Source: Nemertoderma westbladi | Taxonomy: Eukaryota > Animalia > Xenacoelomorpha | Reading direction: 5' to 3' | Assembly (NCBI GenBank): GCA_032718475.1 | Contig: JAUCBJ010005260.1 | Span: forward strand, 14,424 to 78,423 | Length of the DNA: 64,000 bases | Shown here: positions 9,701 to 18,610 of the stretch, piece after piece | Numbering within the stretch: position 1 is the stretch's first letter | How the letters are laid out: each line of letters begins with the position of its first letter | Position numbers and translations under genes: made by a program | Notes under the pieces: generated by a model | What the model saw: only the letters and a program-made list of their open reading frames with translations | Told to the model about the DNA's origin: nothing | Database searches by the model: none

Positions 9701-12700
9701 GGAGGATTCCTAAAATTAGAAGATGTGTACCTTTTAATATCCAGGGAGGCGGTAGTAGAAACTCGATCTAACTATACCGACCAGCACATCGTGGCAGAAG
9801 GAATCACACTGCCATCCTCCAGCCGACAAAAACCCCAGACAACATCCACAAAGACGGCCACTTATGCCACACCGACGGAATCACGACAATTCTCAGACGG
9901 GAATAGAGTATCTGCGCCCATTGGAACGAAACAGACGAGACAGCAACTCAGCGCCGACTTCAACGGCTGCCAATACTGCGAACATTTAGGTAAGCGGTAT
10001 ATTGGTCACAAGTTACGAGGTTGTCGACAATTTCGCGAGTTGAACTCAGAAGAACGACGGCTGCAGATACGGCCACTGGACTCTTGTTGGCGGTGTACGC
10101 GACACGGACACGTCCGTAAGGATTGCCCAAATACCGACACTTGTCCATCCTGTGGACGCAACCACGACGGTCTGCTCCACACAGACAGCCACACGCCGAC
10201 GAAACGCTTCGCCAGGGAACACCCGGAAGCAGCAGCGAGATGTGATGCGGCTTACCGAAAACGAGAATCGAAAACGACTCCGACTTTCGTGACCCATATA
10301 GAGGATTGCTTTTCAGAACAATCCGGATCGTCGGACGAAGAATCAGAAGACGACGAATATTCAAATGGAGACGAACAACCGTCAATCGCGCTTCTAACCA
10401 CTGACCAACTGAAGGGATTCAGTGTAATCCCGATTAAGATCACTGGCACGAAGGGGAGTAAGAGGATCTACGCGATTCTAGATTCAGCCTCATCTCACAG
10501 TTACGTGGATGAAAAGATAGCTGACGTCGTAACGGATCTAAGACAAGGTAAACACATCAGTTATACAGTAAGTAGTATGCACGGCCAGCGTGCAATACCA
10601 GTGACACGAGTTAAGTTGGACTTAGACTCTCTTCTTCCAAAATCGCAACACAGCGAGAGGGAGAGGTCTTTGTTGCCCTTTAGAGATCTAACCTTTGCTG
10701 CCACGAAGGACTTTAGTAACCTACTAGGTCCAGTGCCGGAACAATCTCTGGAGGACCGTAAGTATTTCAGACACCTTGGTGTACCCGAATGTCCTGTCAA
10801 TTATAGATCGGTAGCAATGCTGATCGGGACGGACCAATTCAACCTACATCAGGTGTGGGAAACCAGACCATCGGCAGTTGTAGCGGGAAACGCATACGCC
10901 TGCAGAACGCCGATAGGGTGGTATACTCGAGCGCCTGTGCGCACACTAGACGTAAGTGACGAGGAAGACGATGTACAGAGTACATGTAGTTTATTAACTA
11001 CAAATTCAATTCATTCCTTTTCACACGACGTGAACCATACTACACTACAGTCGACAAAACATGACAGACGTGTAACTAGTATGATAAGTCACAAGGAGCA
11101 GCTAACCCACCAGGTGAGTTTAGAACTTGGGGAGAAGACGAATCAGCTAGAGATTCCATCGACGACAGATGATAGGCTTGCGAGTCTACCTACCCCAATA
11201 ACCTCAACAGTGCCCGTCGACATCGACGATGACGCGTTGAAAATTCATCAGTTGGAACAAGCCGCCTTGGACAAAGAATTAACGGAGAAGACTATCAGGT
11301 GGTTAGAACAAGATACAGCTGAACCTGGTAGCTACGAACCTTGTATGTCGGAACAGGAGAAACAATCTCTGAAGATCATGGAAGAGACTATCCGACAGAC
11401 GGAGGACGGACATTACGAGGTGGGGATGTTATGGCGTAGCCAAAGTCCTAAACTTATAAATAACTACCCACTGGCTTTGAGACGTCTACACTCAATACGA
11501 CAACGTCTATTAAAGGACGAGAAAGCCCATCTGCAGTACAACACTCAGATGGAGACGTATTTGACTGAAGGATACGCTATCCGAATGACTAACCCGGAGC
11601 GAGTGACCGACCAGACATACTACCTGCCACATCACTATGTGAGACATCCCGACAAACCAGATAAGGTACGCGTAGTCAATGACTGTGCGGCTCTGTTTGA
11701 GGGAATGTCCCTCAATAGTGAGTTGATGGATGGACCGAACATGAATAATTATCTTATGGGGGTGATTATGCGCTTCCGTCAGCGTCAAGTAGCCTTTACT
11801 TGCGACGTTGAAGCGATGTTTCACCAAGTAAAAGCGTTAGAGCGAGACAGAGACAGTTTGCGGTTTCTCTGGTATCCGGAAGGGGACTTAAGTCTACCAC
11901 CAGCGACTTACCAAATGCAAGTTCGCGTTTTCGGTGCCAGAGACAGCCCAAATTGTACGATGTACGCCTTGAAGCAAGCCGCTAGAGATCAGAAACATCT
12001 GTATGACCCAGAGATAATTAGAATTGTAGAACGTGACTTTTACGTTGACGACGGATTACAGAGTTGCGACACAGTAGAACGTGCTACAACAGTAGCACAT
12101 CAATTACGGGACTGCTTGGCGGGCGGAGGTTTTAACCTCACCAAATTCGCCTCAAACAGTGCCGAATTAGTTGACTCATTCGGAACTACTGAGCGTGGAG
12201 GTGGTGACATAGACCTAGAGTTCGAACCACTACCGACGACTAAGGTGTTGGGGCTCTTTTGGGACCCAAACACAGACAACTTTCGAGTGAAGGTGAGACT
12301 GGACAGTCAAGGAGACACACTGACCAAGAGATCATGCTTGTCAAAGTTGAGCCGATTGTTCGATCCGTTAGGATTCATCAGTCCAGTAATACTGCAAGCT
12401 CGCATTTATATGCGCAGTATATGGAAGGATGGACTAACGTGGGACGAGCCGATCTCATCAGACCAAGTGGACTTATGGAAGACCTGGGAGGCGGAATTGT
12501 CTTCGCTAGAGGATTATTTCATACCCAGGGTTTACTTTCCATTACAGAGTACATTTCCTGACAACTTGGAACTACACTGTTTTTCTGACGCCAGTGACAA
12601 CGGTTTTGGTGTGGCAGCGTATTTGCGCAGACAAGTAGAATCGGACGAGTTCGATGTTTCGCTCATTACTTCTAAGGCTAAGACCATGCCCACTAAGTAT

Positions 12701-15433
12701 ATGACGACACCACGAGCCGAGCTACAAGCCGCGACCCTGTCAACCACCATCGTGAACCTCATACAGACAGAACTACAGTCGAGTTTACAGATATTTTATT
12801 GGACTGACGCGACGTTGGTTTTATTTTACATAAACAACGACACACTCGAATTCAAGACATTCGTAGCTAACCGTCGCGCAGAGATTCTAGACCGTTCGAT
12901 AAAAGAGGATTGGCGACATTGTCCAGGACCACAAAACCCAGCTGATATTGCGTCGCGAGGAATGATGCCTGAGGAATTCTGTAAACCGGAGAACAAAGAG
13001 TTTTGGCAACACGGACCCCAGTTCTTGCAGAAATCGACACAAGATTGGCCTCCGTTATACGACAACAAATCCAACACCATTCCTAAGGACGCCGAAATCA
13101 AGAAACCAAAAAAGGGGAAGACAAAGAAAAAGACGACGGCGGCAAAACTCAAGAAAAAACCGAAGGCGAAATGGAAAGATATAACTTCAAAGGTCAAGAG
13201 AGGAAGACTTGCGAGCCTTTCTACACCAGACATATCGCCAGACGGTCAACCAGACATATCGCCAGACGGTCAACCAGACACGTTACTAGACAGTCAACCA
13301 GACATTTTGCCAGACATATCACAAAATGTTCCACCAGACGCTAGTAACACACTGACAAACAGTAAAGCCGCAGTTTCTCTATTGGAGCGGCCTTCTATTG
13401 ACAAACAACTAGATACGTTACCAGACGTATCGCCAGACACATTACTAGACAGTCGACTAGACACTAGTAATGTATTGACTAACGATAAAGCCGCAGTTTC
13501 CCTATTGGAGCAGCCTTGTATTGACAAACTACCGATTTTGACACACTTGAGCAACCATAAGCACGGTGAAACCTCATGTATTACAGATGTGGGTAGTACC
13601 TACGCTAATGTAAATACAGGTGTTACTTTGCGCTCAAGAGACATACCGAACTTACAACCTACGGTGAGACCTGGGATTAATGTCGGCAGGAAAATAAGTT
13701 TACCGAAACCTGCTGACCCCATAGAGTTCAAACCACCATTAACGATCGACTTACAAAGTACCGACAATCAAGGTAAGAGGACAAAGGGGGACAAATTACT
13801 TGTAGACCCGGACGGATCAACAGTCAACAAGGGAATACCTACCGGCGGACCCGTGGGCCCTTCTAGTAATTTAAAACCTTCCAAATTCTCCATTGACTTA
13901 CCTGATGACGTCACAAATACTTACGTCGACCGAATTGTAAACTTAACAGACTCTTGGTCAAACGCTTGCCGAAAATTAGCGTGGATTGTACGTTTCGTAC
14001 AATACGTTAAAGGCAAACGTGACTTTACACGTCGACTTACATTGGCTGAGATTGACAGGTGTGAGATTCAATTAATTCGCCATTATCAACTGCGATATTT
14101 CGCGCGCGAATTCACATCTATAAATCAAGGTCAACCAATCAAGTCGTCACCAATACTGAGTTGGAGTCCGATTATTTATAATGGCTTAATTTGTCACAAA
14201 TCTCGGCTTCAAAACATTGACTTTAACACAAACTTTAGGTACCCAATAATAATACCGCAACATCACGAACTACAACGTGCAATGATACTGGACGCACATT
14301 TACATCTGAAACACGCTGGAAGACACCACTGTCTTTCCTACTTACGTACTAGATTTGTATTAATTAGACCCAGTAAAGCATTAAGTTCAGTGACACGTAC
14401 GTGTATTATTTGTAAAAAGGTACATTCTAGAATAGGTACCCAAGAAATGAGTGAACTACCACAAGCACGACTTCAAGCATTCAGACCACCTTTTACAGAG
14501 ACTGGAATTGATTGCTTTGGTCCCATACATACGAAACGTGGACGTATACTAGTAAAACGCTGGGGACTGATTTTCACATGTATGTCCAGTAGGGCAGTCC
14601 ACATTGAACGTGTGATGGATCTTTCCACCAACGCGTTTATACTAGCACTGCGGCGATTTATCGCTAGACGCGGACTAGTAAAATGCTTGTACTCAGACCA
14701 AGGGACAAACTTTGTTGGTGCTCGGAATGAGATTGCTAGAGCCTTTAAGAAATTAGATCATGATCAAATCTCGAACGAACTGCAACCTCACAAGATTGTT
14801 TGGAAGTTTAATCCTCCAGATAGTCCTTGGAGAGGCGGAGTCTGGGAGAGATTGATTAGATCTATCAAGACAGCCATGGCAAAGGTCATTCCAGTAAACC
14901 ACATACTAACAGACGACCAACTGACAACATTGTTTGTTGAAATCGAGGCAATACTAAATACTAGACCAATAGTATTAGTACCCGATAACAAACAATCTCA
15001 GTTTGCTTTGACACCGGCACACCTGCTTATGCAGGCACCGACCACATTGACGCCGATTTCCATTCCAATGGAAAGCGATAGTTACGGTAGAAAAGCTTGG
15101 AAAATCACGCAACTACTGGCTAACAAATTCTGGGAAATATGGCAAAACCATTATTTGCCCTCTATTTCTGCCAGAACAACTTGGTATAATAACACCCGCG
15201 CATTAAAGCCGGGAGATCACGTGCTGTTGGCAGAAGTGAATCTAAAAAGACGCTTCTGGATAACAGGTGTAATTTTAGCCACACATCCATCTATGGATGG
15301 AGTGACAAGGACTGTGACGGTACGGACAATTGACGGTCGTACAGTAGACAGACCGACTCAACGTCTCGTACTTCTTGAAGAGACTCGTAACGAGTCTGGA
15401 GACTACAAATCTCCACCTAATACTAGTAAATAA
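6722..15433 (+). CDS. gag-pol: Bel/Pao Gag-Pol polyprotein (Gag, zinc knuckles, protease, RT, RNase H, integrase), 2903 aa
   Basis: AILDSAS; YYLPHH..K.DKVRVVND; CDVEAMFHQV; FGARDSP; FYVDD; LHCFSDAS; NPADIASRG; GIDCFGP, YSDQGTNF, PW.GG.WERLI. Confidence 0.97.
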   Translation: MSDKQDYTKNTQTDYDSCDADKSAAEEQQGKTREPTEPTPCASPVHPTGVPDAVVRGDGRTEDFLTVPQPRYRETEMVSSAGSTESVVRSVGGYMAHITRSIGEDQRILDGLTAPMSRFEFYTLQVRVQSKVYKSVDNLVGLQDLARQRQDMDTQLRILEKLMITREKLIQFKSTIRQIQQEQADQLLGESVSDELLQPEEEQELYRLDGQLKHLTDHLRMCGEDVGDLETVPEYTRETPFAQIESAPGILNQSLVSIRSEICEGSMVTSEVARQQQQFYRQQHEMEEQAQLLMIQTAVEEEKIRVANVARISHLQEQAELEAAEMERLELDIAQQAAAAELAQRTATAELERQTAAAAAAAELERQTAAAELERQTAAAELERQTAAAELERQRLVSEARVEMKTRQIKAQQAIRQAEFEAQQQQTEQREKEVKLRFELEKRARELAETKENLDLLARDRSMRSRDGHDLDQLEVRHRQIQERKKEGSIGAPGRERQLVKDVCQRFPQVTHMFAPVTTKEPVSIAGSSDISPIHGATEHRFVIPNEFIPPRATSSPIPKVKVSNPPITDRSSLLVRPALLTTKQVSPPLTPKPVTHYDYPMTFRPTRPLDSNAVVRPPFNQFTSQSTTSRKTCEPTEQWRTVDTRPVQFTSQSTTSRKTCEPTEQRRTVDDVPKRAVRIRTTQRTRARRPPYPDDSSTSSESDYPKREVFRTGAADEYKRERSDNSFADNPPQNTPTQKALQPTDAISTQQFADILRPVVNKLAQIEERLEEVQTDSSRNTEFEHNRHPKAPQRPVPSNPTSYQGKAPRRENINQVTNQGRETLNVAEEIAKFAARQGLPVQQPPKFSGSSKHWHTFVDYIESQIAVCAFTSREKFNYLLQTLSGEPKRLAETFVGVPDAFELAYDRLTSIYGGTVSMARSVIEELCKGGAITKPVDLLKLADEIKNAITTLRSIGQLDYGNTPTVLLKIIGRLHHRLRRGWRKVEYQREERGGFLKLEDVYLLISREAVVETRSNYTDQHIVAEGITLPSSSRQKPQTTSTKTATYATPTESRQFSDGNRVSAPIGTKQTRQQLSADFNGCQYCEHLGKRYIGHKLRGCRQFRELNSEERRLQIRPLDSCWRCTRHGHVRKDCPNTDTCPSCGRNHDGLLHTDSHTPTKRFAREHPEAAARCDAAYRKRESKTTPTFVTHIEDCFSEQSGSSDEESEDDEYSNGDEQPSIALLTTDQLKGFSVIPIKITGTKGSKRIYAILDSASSHSYVDEKIADVVTDLRQGKHISYTVSSMHGQRAIPVTRVKLDLDSLLPKSQHSERERSLLPFRDLTFAATKDFSNLLGPVPEQSLEDRKYFRHLGVPECPVNYRSVAMLIGTDQFNLHQVWETRPSAVVAGNAYACRTPIGWYTRAPVRTLDVSDEEDDVQSTCSLLTTNSIHSFSHDVNHTTLQSTKHDRRVTSMISHKEQLTHQVSLELGEKTNQLEIPSTTDDRLASLPTPITSTVPVDIDDDALKIHQLEQAALDKELTEKTIRWLEQDTAEPGSYEPCMSEQEKQSLKIMEETIRQTEDGHYEVGMLWRSQSPKLINNYPLALRRLHSIRQRLLKDEKAHLQYNTQMETYLTEGYAIRMTNPERVTDQTYYLPHHYVRHPDKPDKVRVVNDCAALFEGMSLNSELMDGPNMNNYLMGVIMRFRQRQVAFTCDVEAMFHQVKALERDRDSLRFLWYPEGDLSLPPATYQMQVRVFGARDSPNCTMYALKQAARDQKHLYDPEIIRIVERDFYVDDGLQSCDTVERATTVAHQLRDCLAGGGFNLTKFASNSAELVDSFGTTERGGGDIDLEFEPLPTTKVLGLFWDPNTDNFRVKVRLDSQGDTLTKRSCLSKLSRLFDPLGFISPVILQARIYMRSIWKDGLTWDEPISSDQVDLWKTWEAELSSLEDYFIPRVYFPLQSTFPDNLELHCFSDASDNGFGVAAYLRRQVESDEFDVSLITSKAKTMPTKYMTTPRAELQAATLSTTIVNLIQTELQSSLQIFYWTDATLVLFYINNDTLEFKTFVANRRAEILDRSIKEDWRHCPGPQNPADIASRGMMPEEFCKPENKEFWQHGPQFLQKSTQDWPPLYDNKSNTIPKDAEIKKPKKGKTKKKTTAAKLKKKPKAKWKDITSKVKRGRLASLSTPDISPDGQPDISPDGQPDTLLDSQPDILPDISQNVPPDASNTLTNSKAAVSLLERPSIDKQLDTLPDVSPDTLLDSRLDTSNVLTNDKAAVSLLEQPCIDKLPILTHLSNHKHGETSCITDVGSTYANVNTGVTLRSRDIPNLQPTVRPGINVGRKISLPKPADPIEFKPPLTIDLQSTDNQGKRTKGDKLLVDPDGSTVNKGIPTGGPVGPSSNLKPSKFSIDLPDDVTNTYVDRIVNLTDSWSNACRKLAWIVRFVQYVKGKRDFTRRLTLAEIDRCEIQLIRHYQLRYFAREFTSINQGQPIKSSPILSWSPIIYNGLICHKSRLQNIDFNTNFRYPIIIPQHHELQRAMILDAHLHLKHAGRHHCLSYLRTRFVLIRPSKALSSVTRTCIICKKVHSRIGTQEMSELPQARLQAFRPPFTETGIDCFGPIHTKRGRILVKRWGLIFTCMSSRAVHIERVMDLSTNAFILALRRFIARRGLVKCLYSDQGTNFVGARNEIARAFKKLDHDQISNELQPHKIVWKFNPPDSPWRGGVWERLIRSIKTAMAKVIPVNHILTDDQLTTLFVEIEAILNTRPIVLVPDNKQSQFALTPAHLLMQAPTTLTPISIPMESDSYGRKAWKITQLLANKFWEIWQNHYLPSISARTTWYNNTRALKPGDHVLLAEVNLKRRFWITGVILATHPSMDGVTRTVTVRTIDGRTVDRPTQRLVLLEETRNESGDYKSPPNTSK

Positions 15434-16089
15434 TTAGGAGTTTACAAATAGATTCCACGTACCTGTACACCGTAGTAAGGACAGCGGTAGAATTCCATTG
15501 TCTTTATATGTGAACATTGAGGGTAGTACCCTTATGTGTCACATAGGAGCGGGATTTGTAGGTATAAGAAATGGAATTCTACTTGGAACTCACAATATTG
15601 AGACATTTTCGAAATTTTAGACAATCCATTTGGATTTGAAAAATTTTTAAAATTTTCTCCAGTGAATAGATTCCAGGGTACAGTCGGGTGGAACTTAAAA
15701 TTAGAGAAACAAGAGAGGAAGACTTGCGAGCCTTTCTTAAAATTTTAATTAAATTTTACACGGTCTTGTTTCAATAAGTTACGTCAAAATAGACTCCCCT
15801 ATATTTATTACTAATTCTTGACTGCTTATTTTCTGATAATAGTTTGGGATCAAAAAGTGAGTATTTTAGACTCACGGCCAGTTTAGCCCAAATTCGTTTT
15901 TATTTCGGCAAAAATTTTAGATAAGAAGCAGCGTGTCATTAAAGAAACCCTAGATCTTAGGCTATGGGTAGGAGGTTAGAGCGTTGTCGAGCCCAAAGGG
16001 CAGACGAAACTCTCACGTCTCCTCACAACTAACTACAAACTCTGTTGTATTCCCTCTAGTAGTAATGATTATGTAACTACACCCTAATT

Positions 16090-16425
16090 ATGGAGAAAGG
16101 GATACAAGGAGAGCCGAGATGGGGATATGATATCCAAGAGGAGGCAGCAGCGCCATTCGAAAGATTTGGAGCCAAGGATTACACTATATTTGGTATAAAG
16201 GAATTATCAGAAAGTACAGCGAAGCTCGCAAAGACAGCAATGCCTTTACTCGAGCAGGATTTAGCATATTTCGAGACGTGTATCTTCGCTGTGCGGGATC
16301 TCTTATCGAAAGACCATCTATGTTTACATTGTTACCCTATGAAGGAGAACGTATCGTGGAGATTATGGATGAATCACGGCAGACGCGCGCGCCTATCGGT
16401 CACCTTGGTGATGAATTCGAAGTAA
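16090..16425 (+). CDS. Small overlapping ORF upstream of accessory gene (111 aa, unknown)
   Basis: ORF track; lies just downstream of a splice-acceptor-like signal (CTAAC...pyrimidines...AG, 16029-16059). Confidence 0.3.
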   Translation: MEKGIQGEPRWGYDIQEEAAAPFERFGAKDYTIFGIKELSESTAKLAKTAMPLLEQDLAYFETCIFAVRDLLSKDHLCLHCYPMKENVSWRLWMNHGRRARLSVTLVMNSK

Positions 16426-17792
16426 CTACTACGATCGCCGACGATCCTTTAGAGGAACTTCTTGAGATAGAAAGGAACCTCCCGAAGAAATCTCAGACGG
16501 AGATTCGACAACTTGAAGCAACAGATGCTATAGTTTGTATACAACCTTCAGAAACCTACCAACCCATAGACCCAGATGATTACGATTATAGTATGGGAGG
16601 AAGCGCTCGACCGATTGGAGATCTTATATACGAACGAGTGTGGTACCCTGCCAATACGATGTGTAATAAATGTGGCGTCGCTGGACATCATATGGCAAAG
16701 TGCAGTGGAAAGCACATTACTACGACTCAGCTAATCTGTGGATGGTGTGGGGATCAAGGGTCTCATACCTTTTATACTTGCTGGAGATTTATGGCTCAAT
16801 GTACTTACTGCAATATAAAGGGACATCGAGCATCTGAATGCCAACTAAGGGACATACCTTATGAACACGAATCTGTAAAACTCGTGAGGAAGTTATTTGA
16901 TGAGTGGGAAGATTTAGCCGACGAACATGTATCGGCACAAAGAAGACGGTTTCCGATGAGAGCGCATCTCGGATTTTGGGCGGTAAATCCTCAAACGATG
17001 ATGTCGGAAGGATACATCTCCGCTATGCCTCAGTACGACGAACTTATCGAGGTTGTCGATATTTTGCCCCACGACAGCGGATTCCGAGTGGTGCGCGAGT
17101 ATCTGTTACAGATTCACCCGGATAACAAAAACATGTGGAATTTTCAGAAAGTCGTAAATCGTATCACGTATGGTGAATTTGATCGTTTCCGAACCGAAAA
17201 GCGGAATAAAGGAGCTTGGTTAACCGTCGCATGGGCGTACCGAGCCGCGTTTTACCATAAACGTATACGAGCGAGCGTATTCGAGGAAGAAGAGGTCCTA
17301 GAGGCGACGAATATATCAGCCACTCCGGTTGCGCCGTCTGCACGTCACCCTCGGGAGGACGGGCAGGGTAGGATCATACGGGTCCAGAAGGTGGGCCAAC
17401 AATTGAAGAAAATTATTAATGTAGAAGAACGCAAGGGAGTTGAGCCGACTATTCGAGTTACTCGGGATACGGTATCACTTCCAAGAGAACCGGTAGGAGG
17501 ATCGGGACATACACCAGCTGATCAACAGGGGGCGCAAGCTACTCTTGGGTCTGCGTCGTCCGCTTCTCACGCGTTCCCAGACGTTCTACCAACTGTAGCG
17601 ACGACTGATCGGTCACGAGGAATTGGTCGAGGTTTTGGGATGCCAAATAGACGAATTTGCGAGGAAATAGTTGCACCGTCTCTCAACGTCCCAAGTAAAC
17701 CAGTGACTCGCCCCATTAGTCCCATATCGCGAGCAAAGTCACCTGTGCGCAGTTTTCGAGGACGCGGCAGGGCTCGATCTACTAAGCGATAA
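16278..17792 (+). CDS. Accessory protein with triple CCHC zinc knuckle and basic C-tail (start uncertain; frame open from 16131)
   Basis: CNKCGVAGHHMAKC, CGWCGDQGSHTFYTC, CTYCNIKGHRASEC; alignable by eye to 25437-27326. Confidence 0.85.
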   Translation: MYLRCAGSLIERPSMFTLLPYEGERIVEIMDESRQTRAPIGHLGDEFEVTTTIADDPLEELLEIERNLPKKSQTEIRQLEATDAIVCIQPSETYQPIDPDDYDYSMGGSARPIGDLIYERVWYPANTMCNKCGVAGHHMAKCSGKHITTTQLICGWCGDQGSHTFYTCWRFMAQCTYCNIKGHRASECQLRDIPYEHESVKLVRKLFDEWEDLADEHVSAQRRRFPMRAHLGFWAVNPQTMMSEGYISAMPQYDELIEVVDILPHDSGFRVVREYLLQIHPDNKNMWNFQKVVNRITYGEFDRFRTEKRNKGAWLTVAWAYRAAFYHKRIRASVFEEEEVLEATNISATPVAPSARHPREDGQGRIIRVQKVGQQLKKIINVEERKGVEPTIRVTRDTVSLPREPVGGSGHTPADQQGAQATLGSASSASHAFPDVLPTVATTDRSRGIGRGFGMPNRRICEEIVAPSLNVPSKPVTRPISPISRAKSPVRSFRGRGRARSTKR

Positions 17793-17849
17793 AAGGGAGG
17801 GCAAGGGTGGACGGAAGACTCGTGGGCCTTTCTTATGATTTGTGATTTA

Positions 17850-18400
17850 TTTTGAATTATATGTTTTATATTTAGAAAATTTAGTAAACTTATATTTTAT
17901 ATTTGTGCTTATTTCGAACTTATGCAATTTGTATTGTTCCGAATTTATGAAATTTAGAAATAAGAACTCATATTTAGTAAACTTATATTTAGTAAGAATT
18001 TATATTTTATATTTACGTGATTATTTCGAACTTATGCAATTTATATTATTCTGAACTTATGCAATTTATATTATTCCAAACTTATGCAATTTGTATTGTT
18101 CCGAATATTATGCAATTTATATCTTATAAGCAGTATTTGTATTTACAGTAAAAGAGAAAGTTTTATAGACAGAAAATTTGTGCTCAGAAAGACTCATATT
18201 TGTAATTATTCCAAACTTATGCAATCTACATTTAGGTACGAAAGTATTTGTAATTACTTGAATTTATGCAATATTTGGGATGCAATAGTAGATGGAAGAC
18301 TCGCGAGCCTTTCTTATTGTTTTCATTTATTTGTATTTGTAATTGTTTGAATTTATGCAATATCTGAGATGCAATAGATTTATATTGGTGAATTTAATTT
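17850..18400 (+). repeat. Degenerate ~24-bp AT-rich tandem repeats in 3' UTR
   Basis: Recurrent CGAACTTATGCAATTT(A/G)TATT units. Confidence 0.85.
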
Positions 18401-18610
18401 AGATTTATATTGTACTTACTTAGTAAAGCCTTAAATACGTAAAGTTTGAATTTGTAATTATTTTTGTATCGAATCATTACGTAGAAAGGAAGTATTGTTT
18501 GAAATTTAATTGTAAATATGTAAGTACGCCCTAAGTATTCTATAGTTTGATTGATTATTGGTGAAAACCGTATATTTTAAGCACGATAATATCCTGTTTT
18601 CATGGAGCGG

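Noticed and set aside
17850-18400. CRISPR-like array
   Set aside because: Degenerate tandem repeats without unique spacers; eukaryotic TE context, no cas genes.
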